A stretch of 51,994 bases of DNA from Acidimicrobiia bacterium (lineage in GTDB: Bacteria > Actinomycetota > Acidimicrobiia > Spongiisociales > UBA5794). The DNA lies in contig JASJCF010000012.1 in assembly GCA_030066265.1 (NCBI GenBank), positions 1 to 51,994 on the forward strand, read 5' to 3'. Shown in pieces: positions 38,567-48,978 of the stretch. The notes below the pieces were generated by a model. The model made no database searches, was not told where the DNA came from, and worked only from the letters and a program-made list of their open reading frames with translations. The position numbers and the translations under genes were made by a program. Each line of letters starts with the position of its first letter. The first letter of the stretch is position 1.

Positions 38567-39948
38567 GGGTGCTGTTCGCAACCGCCGAGCTCGCCCCCTT
38601 GGTGACCGTCGGAGGGCTCGCGGAGGCGAGTAGTGGCCTGGTCCGCGCGCTGCGAGCCGAGGGCGTCGACGTCGAGGTGGTCATCCCCGACTACTTCTCC
38701 CTGCCGCTCGCAAACGAGGTCGTCCGGGATATCGGCGTCCCCTCCTGGGCCGGCCCGGCGTCGGTGCGAACGGGAACGGCCCAGGGCTTCGGTGAAGTGA
38801 CCCTCGTTCGGGTTCCGCGCATCGAACGACCGAATCCGTATGTCGACGGTGACGGTCACGGCTGGCCCGACAACCCGGACCGCTTCTTCGCCTTCTCCGC
38901 AGCCGTCGCCGCCCTCGTGCACGACCGACAGCCCGATGTCGCCCATCTGAACGACTGGCATACGGGTCTCGTTCTCGGCTTGCTCGACGTTGACTGCGCC
39001 TCGGTCATCACCGTGCACACCCTCGGGTACCAGGGATGGACGTCCGGTGGATGGCTCGGTCGCCTCGCCCGGAATCGCGAGGCCTACGAGTGGTACGGGG
39101 GTACGAACCCGCTCGCAGGGGGGATCGCGTCTGCTGATCGCGTGATCACGGTCAGTCCGCAATACGCAAAGGAGATTCGCTCTCCGGAGGGTGGCATGGG
39201 CCTCGACGTGCTGCTCAACGCGATCGGTGATCGCCTCGTCGGTGTTCTCAACGGCATCGACACGTCGGAGTGGAATCCGGCCACGGATCCCTTCATCGCA
39301 GAGACCTATGCGCCTGGAGACATCGACGGCAAGCAGGCGAACCGCACGAACCTGCGGAGCGCTCTGGGCTGGCCTGATGACGGCACGCCGGTCGTTGGCA
39401 TGGTGAGCCGACTCGTCCACCAGAAGGGGATCGAGTTCGCTCTCGAGTCGATCCGATACGCCGGCGGCATCCCGTTCCGGCTCGCTCTCCTCGGCTCCGG
39501 TGAGCGATGGTCTGCGGATTGGGCTCATCACCTCGGCCACTCGTATCCCGACGTCATCTGGTTCCACGAGGGGTATGACCGTTCGATGGCGCACCGCATC
39601 TTCGCCGGGTCTGACCTGTTGCTGATGCCGAGCCGCTTCGAGCCCTGTGGCCTGTCACAGATGCAGGCGATGGCGTACGGCACGATTCCCGTGGTGACCC
39701 CCGTCGGGGGTTTGCGGGACACCGTGGTCGATGCAGACGACGACCGCCGGAAAGGCACGGGCTTCGTGGCGCGATCGGTCGACACGCCCGGAGTCGTCGA
39801 CGCACTCCACCGCGCCGTGCGAGCGTGGCGTCAACCCCGGAGACGTGAGGCGATACAGCGACGAGGAATGCAACGCGATTGGTCCTGGGCGGAACCAGCC
39901 AGGCGGCACATCGAGCTGTACGAGGAGATCGCGCACGTCCGGGCGTAG
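38563..39948 (+). CDS. glgA: Glycogen synthase (ADP-glucose type, GT5)
   Basis: VRVLFATAELAPLVTVGGLAE N-terminus, and PSRFEPCGLSQMQAMAYGT. The GTG start overlaps the glgX stop (GTGA). The long ORF-track version from 38185 lies inside glgX. Confidence 0.9.
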   Translation: MRVLFATAELAPLVTVGGLAEASSGLVRALRAEGVDVEVVIPDYFSLPLANEVVRDIGVPSWAGPASVRTGTAQGFGEVTLVRVPRIERPNPYVDGDGHGWPDNPDRFFAFSAAVAALVHDRQPDVAHLNDWHTGLVLGLLDVDCASVITVHTLGYQGWTSGGWLGRLARNREAYEWYGGTNPLAGGIASADRVITVSPQYAKEIRSPEGGMGLDVLLNAIGDRLVGVLNGIDTSEWNPATDPFIAETYAPGDIDGKQANRTNLRSALGWPDDGTPVVGMVSRLVHQKGIEFALESIRYAGGIPFRLALLGSGERWSADWAHHLGHSYPDVIWFHEGYDRSMAHRIFAGSDLLLMPSRFEPCGLSQMQAMAYGTIPVVTPVGGLRDTVVDADDDRRKGTGFVARSVDTPGVVDALHRAVRAWRQPRRREAIQRRGMQRDWSWAEPARRHIELYEEIAHVRA

Positions 39949-39974
39949 TCCATGGCGCACGCTCGATGCTCGCA

Positions 39975-40020
39975 TTCTTGCGTCCCTCCGTCCCAGATAC
40001 GGTGTGGAGGGACGCAAGAA
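39975..40020. terminator. Bidirectional hairpin terminator between convergent glgA and glgC
   Basis: A 15-bp perfect stem, TTCTTGCGTCCCTCC (39975..39989) with GGAGGGACGCAAGAA (40006..40020), and a 16-nt loop. A second perfect 10-bp palindrome GAGATCAGCT-GT-AGCTGATCTC spans the glgC stop (40029..40050). Confidence 0.7.
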
Positions 40021-40032
40021 CCGACGACGAGA

Positions 40033-41286
40033 TCAGCTGTAGCTGATCTCGGTCCCCTTTCGGATGGCGATGACACCGCCGGCGGACACCGTGAACTCCT
40101 CAGCATCCCGCCCGAGGTCGACCCCGATCTCACGATTGCGGGGGACCACGATGTTCTTGTCGATGATCGCATTCCGGACCACCGAGCCCGCCGAGACGAC
40201 CACGCCGTCAAAGAGGATCGAGTTCTCCACGGTTGCTCCGGGCTCGATCCGCACGTGTGGCGAGATGACCGAATGCTCGACGTTGGCGCCGGTGACGATC
40301 GTTCCGGGGGAGATCATCGAATTCGCGACGCGCCCCGCGCCGATCTCACCGTGTGCAACGATCTTCGCCGGTGGCAGAGTCGTCGGATACGAGGTGTGGA
40401 CGGGCCACTCCTCGTTGTACAGGTTGAAGATCGGATGCGGGTCGACGAGATCCATGTTTGCGGCGTAGTACGAATCGAGGGTCCCGACGTCCCGCCAGTA
40501 GTGCTGATCCCGGGGTGATTCACCGGGGATGACGTTCTCGGTGAAGTCGTACACGTGCGCCTCGCCCGAGGCCACGAGCGCCGGGATGATGTCCCCGCCG
40601 AGGTCGCGGCCGGATTGGCTCGATGCCGCATCGGCGTGGAGGATGTCGACGAGGACCTCCGACGAGAACACGTAATTACCCATCGAGGCAAGCACTTCGT
40701 CCGGTGAATCGGGAAGCCCGGGCGGATCTGTCGGCTTCTCCTTGAACGCCGTGATCATCGACGAGTCCGCTGCCCGCTCGATGACGCCGAACTGATCGGC
40801 CTCTTCACGCGGGACGCGGATGGCCGCCACCGTGACGCCGGCCCCGCTCTCGACGTGATGGCGCAGCATCTGGTTCGGGTCCATGCGGTAGATGTGGTCT
40901 GCGCCGAAGACGAAGATGTGACTCGGGCGCTCGTCGCGGACGAGATTCATGTTCTGGAACAACGCATCGGCGGAGCCGGCGAACCACTGCGGGCCGAGGC
41001 GCATCTGAGCGGGGACCGTCGTCACATAGTTCCCGAGCACCGCAGACAGCTGCCAGGTGCGCGAGATGTGCACGTCGAGGCTGTGGCTCTTGTACTGCGT
41101 CAACACCACGATGCGACGGAACCCACCGTTCACGAGGTTCGACAACGCGAAGTCGATGAGGCGGTACTGGCCTCCATGGATCACTGCCGGCTTTGCGCGA
41201 ACAGCCGTGAGCGGCATGAGGCGTTTCCCCATGCCGCCGGCCAACACGATCGAGAGGACCTGCGGGTCCTGGGGAAGTCGGTACAT
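40033..41286 (-). CDS. glgC: Glucose-1-phosphate adenylyltransferase
   Basis: LAGGMGKRLMPLTAVRAKPAV and FGADHIYRMD, plus a left-handed beta-helix C-terminus. The start is set at MYRLPQDPQ. Confidence 0.9.
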   Translation of the reverse strand: MYRLPQDPQVLSIVLAGGMGKRLMPLTAVRAKPAVIHGGQYRLIDFALSNLVNGGFRRIVVLTQYKSHSLDVHISRTWQLSAVLGNYVTTVPAQMRLGPQWFAGSADALFQNMNLVRDERPSHIFVFGADHIYRMDPNQMLRHHVESGAGVTVAAIRVPREEADQFGVIERAADSSMITAFKEKPTDPPGLPDSPDEVLASMGNYVFSSEVLVDILHADAASSQSGRDLGGDIIPALVASGEAHVYDFTENVIPGESPRDQHYWRDVGTLDSYYAANMDLVDPHPIFNLYNEEWPVHTSYPTTLPPAKIVAHGEIGAGRVANSMISPGTIVTGANVEHSVISPHVRIEPGATVENSILFDGVVVSAGSVVRNAIIDKNIVVPRNREIGVDLGRDAEEFTVSAGGVIAIRKGTEISYS

Positions 41287-41378
41287 GGGCAGATTCTGAC
41301 ACACGTGAACGGTATGGAGACATCGGGAATCGGGCCATCCCCGGTCGCACCGCAGCAGGGAACGGGTACATTGGCGTC

Positions 41379-43238
41379 GTGACCGCACAACCCGCACCCC
41401 TGCACGACGACGACCGTTGGTCGTTCAACGAAGGAACCCACGCCGGCCTCGCAAAGGTCCTCGGGGCCCATGTGAATGGATCAGGGACGGTGTTTCGCGT
41501 ATGGGCTCCGTCTGCCCGGAGGGTCGAGCTCGTGGGTGACACGACGGGTTGGGACCAGGGAGTCGACCTCGCCCCTGACCACTCCGGTGTGTGGAGTGGG
41601 CTCGTCGACGGTGTCGGGCAGGGGGCGGTGTACAAGTATCGGATCACGGCAGCCGACGGCACGGTTCGGGACAAAGCCGATCCGTTCGCCTTCAAGGCCG
41701 AAGAGCCTCCCCGAACGGGGTCCGTCGTGTGGGACCTGGACTACGAATGGTCCGACGAACTCTGGATGGCGGAGCGAGGGGCACGGAACGCCCTCGACGC
41801 GCCGATGTCGATCTACGAAGTGCATCTGGGATCGTGGCGATACGAGCCTGGCGGCTATCGCGCCATCGCACGACAATTGGGCGAGTACGTCACCGGTCTC
41901 GGTTTCACGCATGTGGAGCTGATGCCGGTCATGGAGCACCCCTTCTACGGATCGTGGGGCTATCAGGGCACGGGCTACTTCGCAGCGACGTCACGCTACG
42001 GGGATCCGCAGGATCTCATGTACCTGATCGATCACCTCCACGGCCTCGGGATCGGAGTCATCCTGGATTGGGTGCCCTCGCACTTCCCGAACGATCCCCA
42101 CGGGCTCGCCCTCTTCGACGGAACCCACCTGTACGAGCACGAGGACCCCCGTCAGGGCTATCACCCCGACTGGGACTCTCTGATCTTCAACTACGGCAGG
42201 TATGAGGTGCGGAGCTTCCTGCTGTCGAGTGCCATGTTCTGGCTGGATACGTACCACGCTGACGGCCTGCGGGTGGATGCCGTCGCATCGATGCTCTATC
42301 GCGACTACTCCCGGCAGGCAGGCGAGTGGATTCCCAACGAGTTCGGAGGGCGAGAGAACCTCGAGGCGATCTCCTTCCTCCAGCAGCTGAACACGACGGC
42401 GTACGGGGAACATCCCGGCATCCAGACCTTCGCCGAGGAGTCGACGGCCTTTGCGAACGTGACGGCGCCCGTCGACGCCGGAGGCCTCGGCTTCGGCGAG
42501 AAGTGGGACATGGGCTGGATGAACGACACGCTCCAATATGTCGCACGAGACCCCATCTACCGCATGCATCACCACTGGGAGCTGAGTTTCCGCATGGTGT
42601 ACGCGTTCAACGAGAACTTCACACTGCCGTTGTCCCATGACGAGGTGGTACACGGCAAGGGGTCGCTCCTCGCGAAGCAGCCAGGGGATCGGTGGCAGCA
42701 ATTCTCCGGCCTCCGGCTCCTCTACGGCTACCAGTGGTCCCAGCCGGGAAAGAAGCTGCTGTTCATGGGCGGCGAGTTCGGCGTCAACGACGAGTGGAAT
42801 CACGAGTCAGAGCTCGATTGGAACCTGCTGGTGTTCGATGAGCATCAAGGGGTGCACCGATGGGTCGCCGATCTGAACCACGTCTTGAAGACGCGATCGG
42901 AGTTGTCCGACCTGGACAACGAGCCATCTGGGTTCCGCTGGGTCGTCGGGGACGACGCTGCGGCGAGTGTGTACGCGTACCTACGGCTCTCCGCCGAGGG
43001 CAAGCCGTTGCTCTTCGTTGCGAACTGGACACCGGTCGTCCGGGAGGGCTATCGCGTCGGGGTTCCCGCGAGCGGGGAGTGGACGGAGATCCTCAACAGT
43101 GATGACTTGAAGTACGGCGGGAGCGGGGTCATCAACGGAACGGTGGAAGCAGATCCGATTTCGACCCACGGGTACGACCAGTCGCTCGAGTTGACGATTC
43201 CGCCCCTTGCTGCGATGTTCCTCGTTCCGTCCGAGTGA
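41379..43238 (+). CDS. glgB: 1,4-alpha-glucan branching enzyme (GH13)
   Basis: IYEVHLGSW, VILDWVPSHF, GLRVDAVASMLY, EESTAF and LSHDEVVHGK motifs. GTG start. It is shorter at the N-terminus than many GlgB proteins. Confidence 0.9.
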   Translation: MTAQPAPLHDDDRWSFNEGTHAGLAKVLGAHVNGSGTVFRVWAPSARRVELVGDTTGWDQGVDLAPDHSGVWSGLVDGVGQGAVYKYRITAADGTVRDKADPFAFKAEEPPRTGSVVWDLDYEWSDELWMAERGARNALDAPMSIYEVHLGSWRYEPGGYRAIARQLGEYVTGLGFTHVELMPVMEHPFYGSWGYQGTGYFAATSRYGDPQDLMYLIDHLHGLGIGVILDWVPSHFPNDPHGLALFDGTHLYEHEDPRQGYHPDWDSLIFNYGRYEVRSFLLSSAMFWLDTYHADGLRVDAVASMLYRDYSRQAGEWIPNEFGGRENLEAISFLQQLNTTAYGEHPGIQTFAEESTAFANVTAPVDAGGLGFGEKWDMGWMNDTLQYVARDPIYRMHHHWELSFRMVYAFNENFTLPLSHDEVVHGKGSLLAKQPGDRWQQFSGLRLLYGYQWSQPGKKLLFMGGEFGVNDEWNHESELDWNLLVFDEHQGVHRWVADLNHVLKTRSELSDLDNEPSGFRWVVGDDAAASVYAYLRLSAEGKPLLFVANWTPVVREGYRVGVPASGEWTEILNSDDLKYGGSGVINGTVEADPISTHGYDQSLELTIPPLAAMFLVPSE

Positions 43239-43282
43239 GGAAGAAGCGGCGTCTCTCCTGACGGGTGCCCGCCGGTTCCGGC

Positions 43283-43816
43283 TCAGTGGGCAGACGCTCG
43301 AGCTGACACCGCTGCGGCGAGTTCCTCACCCCACCGGCGCGCACGCTCGCATTCGCCGTCCAGGAGCGGTCCCGTCATGTCGTCCACCCAGAACGTCTCG
43401 GGGCGAGCGACGATCGAGCAGTGGTGCTTCTTCAGCTTCCTGGCCGCCGACGCTGCGGCGGACCCTGGCAGCTTGGGCTTCGGGACCTTCGTGTCGAAGG
43501 TCGCGCATGCCTGCCGATCCTCGAGATCGGCCGATGCGATCCACTCTCGGATGCCGGTCGGCGAGACGAGCGGCTCGTCGGTCTCGTCCTTGGCGCTCTC
43601 CCGGGTGGAGCTTCGGCTCATGCTGAAGGCATGCGTGGGGCCTCCGATGACGATCACGTCGGGATGGTCGAAGACATGGGGCGCCTCGCCCACTTCGAAC
43701 GCTCGAACGTCCAGATGGCTGGCGAGTCCCTCCGCAATGGCAAGCGCGATGTCACGCGTGTTGCCGAACATCGACTCGTAGATCACGACGCCGTTCACGT
43801 TCGCCTCCGTCTTCAC
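43283..43816 (-). CDS. Flavodoxin-like protein
   Basis: VVIYESMFGNTRDIA followed by VIVIGGPTHAF is flavodoxin-like. The start is tentatively the GTG at 43816 (a GAGG lies 6 nt upstream). The ORF maximum (43999) runs into a non-coding 14-nt repeat. Confidence 0.7.
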   Translation of the reverse strand: MKTEANVNGVVIYESMFGNTRDIALAIAEGLASHLDVRAFEVGEAPHVFDHPDVIVIGGPTHAFSMSRSSTRESAKDETDEPLVSPTGIREWIASADLEDRQACATFDTKVPKPKLPGSAAASAARKLKKHHCSIVARPETFWVDDMTGPLLDGECERARRWGEELAAAVSARASAH

Positions 43817-43969
43817 CGTTTGCCTCACGTCATTGTCCTGCCGGTCCGGACCACTCGTCAACGCATACGAACAAACGTCGGAGTCCCGGACGCTCACGAC
43901 GGATCCTTCACGATCTTCAGCCAGTTCCTCGGTGGTCGTGAGCCGGTACCCGGGAGCCTGGACGCTGGC

Positions 43970-44057
43970 AACGGCACTCGGGCAATGGCACTGAGGCAAC
44001 GGGACTGGCGCAACGGGACCGGGGCAAAGGGGGACCGGGGCGAAGAGGGCCGGGGCG
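43970..44057. repeat. Degenerate 14-17-nt tandem repeat, six units (AAYGGSACYSRGGC-like), G-run-rich on the plus strand
   Basis: aacggcactcgggc / aatggcactgaggc / aacgggactggcgc / aacgggaccggggc / aaagggggaccggggcg / aagagggccggggcg read directly. The period is mostly 14 nt, not a multiple of 3. Confidence 0.75.
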
Positions 44058-44075
44058 CCGGTCGAGGTGTGCCCC

Positions 44076-45101
44076 TCAGGTCCAGTCGAGGATCACCTTC
44101 CCGCACTGCCCCGACCGCATGATGTCGAAGGCCTCCTCGAACTCCGAGGCGGGAAGGTGGTGTGTGATCACCGGTGTCACGTCGAGACCCGTCTCGAGCA
44201 TGGCGAGCATCTTGTACCAGGTCTCGAACATCCTGCGTCCGTATATCCCTTGCAGCGTCAGGCCCTTGAACACGATGTCGTTCCAGTCGATGGGCGCTTG
44301 CTTCGGTGGTATCCCGAGCAAGGCGATGTCGCCGCCGTTGTCCATGTGGGTGATCATGTCGTGCAATGCCGCAGGGCTCCCGGACATCTCGAGGCCGACG
44401 TCGAAGCCCTCCTTCATGCCGAGTTCGCGCATCGTCTCGGACAGCGAGTCCCGCCCGGCGTGGAGCTCTCGATCTGCGCCCATCGTCTCCGCCAGTTCGA
44501 GGCGATATTCGTTGATGTCGGTGACCACGATGTAGCGGGCCCCGACGTGCCGCGCGATCGCGACGGCCATCATCCCGATCGGCCCGGATCCGGTGATGAG
44601 CACGTCTTCCCCCACGAGGTCGAAGTGGAGTGCGGTGTGGACAGCATTGCCCAGGGGGTCGAGGATGCTGCCGATGTCGTCGGAGATGTCGTCGGGAAGG
44701 GGCTGGATGTTCGATCCGGGTATCGACACGAACTCGGCGAAGGCCCCGGGTCGGTTCACTCCCACGCCGACCGTGTTGATGCACAGATGCCGGCGACCCG
44801 CCTGACAATTGCGGCAACGACCACACACGACGTGACCCTCACCGGAGACGCGCTGGCCGATGGCGATCCCGTCGACCTCGGATCCGATGGCTTCGACGAC
44901 GCCCATGTACTCATGTCCGATCGCCATCGGCACGGGAATGGTTGCGGCTGCCCAGTCGTCCCACTCCATGATGTGGAGGTCGGTTCCGCAGATCGAAGTC
45001 TTCTGGACCTTGACGAGGACATCGTTCGGGCCCACCGACGGGTGTTCGATCTCCTCGAGCCAGATTCCCGATTCGGGCTTGGATTTGACCAAGGCCCTCA
45101 C
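44076..45101 (-). CDS. tdh: L-threonine 3-dehydrogenase
   Basis: [10 protein letters not shown]...ICGTDLHI...GHEYMGVV zinc-ADH motifs, and a full-length TDH-like sequence. It overlaps kbl by 4 bp. Confidence 0.92.
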   Translation of the reverse strand: MRALVKSKPESGIWLEEIEHPSVGPNDVLVKVQKTSICGTDLHIMEWDDWAAATIPVPMAIGHEYMGVVEAIGSEVDGIAIGQRVSGEGHVVCGRCRNCQAGRRHLCINTVGVGVNRPGAFAEFVSIPGSNIQPLPDDISDDIGSILDPLGNAVHTALHFDLVGEDVLITGSGPIGMMAVAIARHVGARYIVVTDINEYRLELAETMGADRELHAGRDSLSETMRELGMKEGFDVGLEMSGSPAALHDMITHMDNGGDIALLGIPPKQAPIDWNDIVFKGLTLQGIYGRRMFETWYKMLAMLETGLDVTPVITHHLPASEFEEAFDIMRSGQCGKVILDWT

Positions 45102-46291
45102 GGCCCGACCACCCCGAGCTCGGCGCCGACCCGGGCGAAGGCATCGATGGCCTGGTCGATGTGCCCATCCGTGTGGGCCGCCGACATCTGGGTCCGAATC
45201 CGCGCTTGATCTCTCGGGACGACGGGGAACGAGAACCCGATCACATAGACGCCCTCGTGGAGGAGTCGGTGCGCCATCTCCGCTGCGAGGCCGGCGTCAC
45301 CGAGCATGACGGGGATGATGGGATGGTCGGCCCCCGCAAGGTCGAACCCGGCCGCAGCCATCCCCGCTCGGAACCGCGCAGCATTGGTCTGGAGCCGATC
45401 ACGGAGATCGCCGGATTGGCGAAGGAGCCGGAGCGCCGTGATCGTGGTGGCTGCGATCGTGGGTGCGAGGCTGTTCGAGAACAGATAGGGCCGGGAACGC
45501 TGGCGCAGGAGGTCGATGAGGGATTCGGGGCCCGCTGTGTAGCCACCCGAGGCGCCGCCGAGGGCCTTGCCCAACGTGCCGGTGACGATGTCGACACGGT
45601 CCTGGACGCCCCAGTACTCGGGAGTTCCCGCACCACCGTCACCGATGAAGCCGACGGCATGGGAGTCATCGACCATGACGATTGCGTCATACCGGTCAGC
45701 GAGCTCGCAGATGTCGGGGAGGTTGGCGATGATGCCATCCATCGAGAAGACGCCGTCGGTTGCGATCATCCGGAAACGCGCATCCTGCGCCTCCTGGAGC
45801 CGCCGCTCGAGTTCGGCCATGTCGTTGTTGGCGTATCGGTAGCGGCGTGCCTTGCACAGGCGGATCCCATCGATGATCGACGCATGGTTCAGGGCGTCGG
45901 AGATCACGGCATCGTCCTCGGTCAACACCGTCTCGAAGAGGCCGCCGTTGGCATCCCAGCACGATGAGTACAGGATCGCCCGCTCCAAGCCCAGGAACGA
46001 GGCGAGGTCCGACTCGAGGGCCGTGTGCACGTCCTGGGTGCCGCAGATGAATCGAACCGACGCCATGCCGTACCCATGCTCGGCTGCGGCGTGTCGGGCA
46101 GCCTCGACGAGAACGGGTGAGTTGGCGAGCCCGAGGTAGTTGTTGGCGCAGAAGTTGATGACCTCCGAGCCGTCCTCCAGGGTGATCACTGCGTCCTGGG
46201 GGGATGCGATCACCCGCTCCGTCTTGTAGAGGCCTGCTGCCCGGATGGATGCGGTCTCGTCCGCGAGGTGGTCGAAGAATGCGATGGTCAT
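45098..46291 (-). CDS. kbl: 2-amino-3-ketobutyrate CoA ligase (glycine C-acetyltransferase)
   Basis: [18 protein letters not shown] and [14 protein letters not shown] (PLP lysine). The start is the ATG at 46291, preceded by GGAGG. Confidence 0.9.
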   Translation of the reverse strand: MTIAFFDHLADETASIRAAGLYKTERVIASPQDAVITLEDGSEVINFCANNYLGLANSPVLVEAARHAAAEHGYGMASVRFICGTQDVHTALESDLASFLGLERAILYSSCWDANGGLFETVLTEDDAVISDALNHASIIDGIRLCKARRYRYANNDMAELERRLQEAQDARFRMIATDGVFSMDGIIANLPDICELADRYDAIVMVDDSHAVGFIGDGGAGTPEYWGVQDRVDIVTGTLGKALGGASGGYTAGPESLIDLLRQRSRPYLFSNSLAPTIAATTITALRLLRQSGDLRDRLQTNAARFRAGMAAAGFDLAGADHPIIPVMLGDAGLAAEMAHRLLHEGVYVIGFSFPVVPRDQARIRTQMSAAHTDGHIDQAIDAFARVGAELGVVGP

Positions 46292-46389
46292 GGCACCTCC
46301 GGAGTCGAGTCTATGCGGGTTCCGCCGGGTGGCCAGGAACCACCCCGGTGCTACATTCGGCCCACACGACACGGGACGAGTGGGGCGGC

Positions 46390-47541
46390 GTGAGCGACGA
46401 AACGACACCAGACGGCAACGAGTCGCAAGACGACGGTTCGTCGTCGGACGAGGACTTCACACCGGCTCCCGTGCCCGATGTCGATCCGACCGATGACAAG
46501 CCGAAGTTCGGCAAAGAGCAGATCATCGCCGGAATCATCACGCTGCTGATCCTCATCCTCGTCTTCGCCGTCGTCCTTCCCCAGCTCGGCGACTACGGCA
46601 AGGCCTGGGATGCGATCCAGAACATGGAGGGCTGGCAGCTCGGCCTCATCGTCGCCGCCACGATCATCATGATTCTCATCTACGCAACGCCGTTCAACGC
46701 TGCGTTGGAGGAGCTGCGGTATTGGGACGCATTCGAGGTGCGCCAAACGTCGTTCATGATCAGCAACGTCGTCCCGGCGGGCGGCGCCTTCGGTCTCGCC
46801 GTGCAGTTCGGGATGCTCCAGAGCTATGGGATCGGCGCAGCGCGGTCGACGGCGGCAATCGGCGTGACGAGCGTGTGGAACGTGTGGATCACGCTGGCGC
46901 TTCCCGTGCTGGGCCTCCTCGGGCTCTTCATCATCGGTGAGGGCAACGAAGAAGCGGTGACGATCACGCTCATCGCTGCGGCCGTGATCATCGCTGGAAT
47001 CGTCGTCTTCGCCCTGATCCTGCGCAAGGAGTCGACTGCCCGAGCGATCGGCCGATGGGCGGATGGCGTCTTCGTGTGGCTGTTCGGGTTGTTCAGCAAC
47101 GAGCCCAGTTTCAGCGCGGAGGACGGCATCGTCGATTTCCGGAACTCCATCATCGGCGTGGTCGCCGACCGGTGGGCGCTGGTCACCCTCGCGAACTTCT
47201 TCCAACAGATGGCCCAGTTCTCGATTCTGTATCTCGCCGTCGTTGCACTCCAGGGCGGCTTCGACGGTCCCATCAACTTCTGGGAGGCGCTGGCAGCCTT
47301 TGCGTTCGGGCGTCTTGCGACGTTCATCCCTGTGCCTCCGGGTGGTCTCGGCACGACAGACGCCATCATCGCCAGCATGCTCACCAACTTCGGGTTGCCG
47401 AACAACGACGCACTCGCTGCGACCATGATCTGGAGGGGCGCCACCTACTTCCCGCAGGTGCTGATCGGCATCATCATGTTCCTGCGCTTCCGCAGGCGTC
47501 AGTCGACCGGGGAGGTCGGCTCCATGATCCCGTCGGAGTGA
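46390..47541 (+). CDS. UPF0104 / lysyl-phosphatidylglycerol-synthase transmembrane-region (flippase-like) family protein, paralog 1
   Basis: Acidic N-terminal tail, then about 8 TM helices and the characteristic PGGLGTTDA motif. The start is set to the GTG at 46390 to avoid overlap with kbl. Confidence 0.78.
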   Translation: MSDETTPDGNESQDDGSSSDEDFTPAPVPDVDPTDDKPKFGKEQIIAGIITLLILILVFAVVLPQLGDYGKAWDAIQNMEGWQLGLIVAATIIMILIYATPFNAALEELRYWDAFEVRQTSFMISNVVPAGGAFGLAVQFGMLQSYGIGAARSTAAIGVTSVWNVWITLALPVLGLLGLFIIGEGNEEAVTITLIAAAVIIAGIVVFALILRKESTARAIGRWADGVFVWLFGLFSNEPSFSAEDGIVDFRNSIIGVVADRWALVTLANFFQQMAQFSILYLAVVALQGGFDGPINFWEALAAFAFGRLATFIPVPPGGLGTTDAIIASMLTNFGLPNNDALAATMIWRGATYFPQVLIGIIMFLRFRRRQSTGEVGSMIPSE

Positions 47542-48923
47542 GGTCGTCGCCTCCGGGACCGGAGCAACAGCCCCGAGATCGATGCGGTGACGGCAGCGGT
47601 GATCCCCCAGACCGCAAGCATCCGGATCCATGACCGCCACTCCGAGCCCGACGGGAGGGCGAACGCGTACACCTTGGTGACCGGCTTCACCTCGATTGCC
47701 GCCGGTCCGTCCGATTCCAAGACGGCGGCGACACGCATGAGGCCGCTCCGTGCCCCTGCGAGGGGCACGGCGAGGGTTCGGTCGGGGTTGTCGAGCCAGC
47801 CCTTCACCGAGATCGCACGGTCGACGCGATCGGTGATCACCCGGAACCGCGACGTGGGCGATCCCTCGATCCATCGAACCTCGACCACGGCTGCCACATC
47901 GCCGCTGTTGCGCCAGTAGAAGCCCGTTCGATTGACGGAACCACCGGCGGTCTCGAGCAGAAACGGCTCTTCGACTGTCTCGCGGATGCGGGCCGACAGC
48001 TCGGACGAGGGGGTGCCTCGCTGGGAGTCGGTCGTTGGCACGAGGTGCAGGGGATCAGCGTCTTCCCCGTTGCCGGGCAGACGCTGGATGAGCTCGTTCG
48101 CCTCGGGGTGGGTGCGGTCCCGATGGAGCGGCGACCACGGGTACCCGACGCCTCGTCCGGGGTGCCTTGCTGAGTGGAGGTACCACTTCCAGGCGTAGGA
48201 GTGGTCGTGCCTGATGTCGTCGAGGGGCAGGGCCTCGGGCTCGAGGACGACGTCCACGACCTCTCCGAGCCCGGGAGAGAGCCCGTACCGCACCCCATAC
48301 TCGGACACGTAGTTGTCGATGAAGGTGACGTGTCCGTCGTCGCGGGATCGCACCAGGGCGCGGAGGTACGTGTCGAGGTCGTTCAGGGCTCCGCCGATCA
48401 CCGGGAGCGTGTTCTCCGGGCTGTCGAGCAGCGTGAGGTGCCGGGGCTTGGGTTCGAGCAGCACCGATGCGACGGAGGCCACCTTCGCCCCATGGCTGTA
48501 TCCGATCACGTGGAGCATTGGATGCTGGTCACCGAACGCCCGACGGAGCCCGACCGCGAGCCGTTGGCCGTTGATGGTCGTTCGCCGCTGGCTCAGCACA
48601 CCGGTGAGCACCGAGGACTGGGTCGCCGCCTCATCTGCCCACGTGTACGCGAGAACGGCGGCGTCGGGGTCGTGCGCCACGATCGCCTCGGCCATTGGTG
48701 CGAACCACCGGTCGTATCGTGATCCCTCGTCGGTTTCGGCCTCCGGATCCCACACCCGGAGAAAACCGCCTGCGGCCTCCACTTGGGGCCGGAGCCCCCG
48801 GCACCAGCCATGGACCAACACGTGGCAGCGTGGAGCGGTCAGGGTGCCGGGATCGACGGGCACGAAGGCCGTGCCATCCCACAGCCCGAGGCGGGAGAGT
48901 GGATCCACGGGTGGTGATTTCAC
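47499..48923 (-). CDS. Putative serine hydrolase/lipase (alpha/beta fold) with an unknown middle domain and a C-terminal TM anchor
   Basis: HVLVHGW oxyanion-like motif, nucleophile elbow GYSHGA, candidate Asp (LLDSPEN) and His (HDHSY). C-terminal helix MLAVWGITAAVTASISGLLL is followed by RSRRRR. GTG start. Confidence 0.7.
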   Translation of the reverse strand: MKSPPVDPLSRLGLWDGTAFVPVDPGTLTAPRCHVLVHGWCRGLRPQVEAAGGFLRVWDPEAETDEGSRYDRWFAPMAEAIVAHDPDAAVLAYTWADEAATQSSVLTGVLSQRRTTINGQRLAVGLRRAFGDQHPMLHVIGYSHGAKVASVASVLLEPKPRHLTLLDSPENTLPVIGGALNDLDTYLRALVRSRDDGHVTFIDNYVSEYGVRYGLSPGLGEVVDVVLEPEALPLDDIRHDHSYAWKWYLHSARHPGRGVGYPWSPLHRDRTHPEANELIQRLPGNGEDADPLHLVPTTDSQRGTPSSELSARIRETVEEPFLLETAGGSVNRTGFYWRNSGDVAAVVEVRWIEGSPTSRFRVITDRVDRAISVKGWLDNPDRTLAVPLAGARSGLMRVAAVLESDGPAAIEVKPVTKVYAFALPSGSEWRSWIRMLAVWGITAAVTASISGLLLRSRRRRPHSDGIMEPTSPVD

Positions 48924-48978
48924 AGCCCGATGCTACGCCCGCTCGGCACCAGCGGGGTTCGGCCCCTAGCATCGAGGC

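Noticed and set aside
44021-44055. G-quadruplex call for the five G-runs
   Set aside because: The runs and loops fit a loose G4 pattern, but G-runs are common by chance in DNA this GC-rich. I cannot score stability here. It is mentioned only within the repeat finding.
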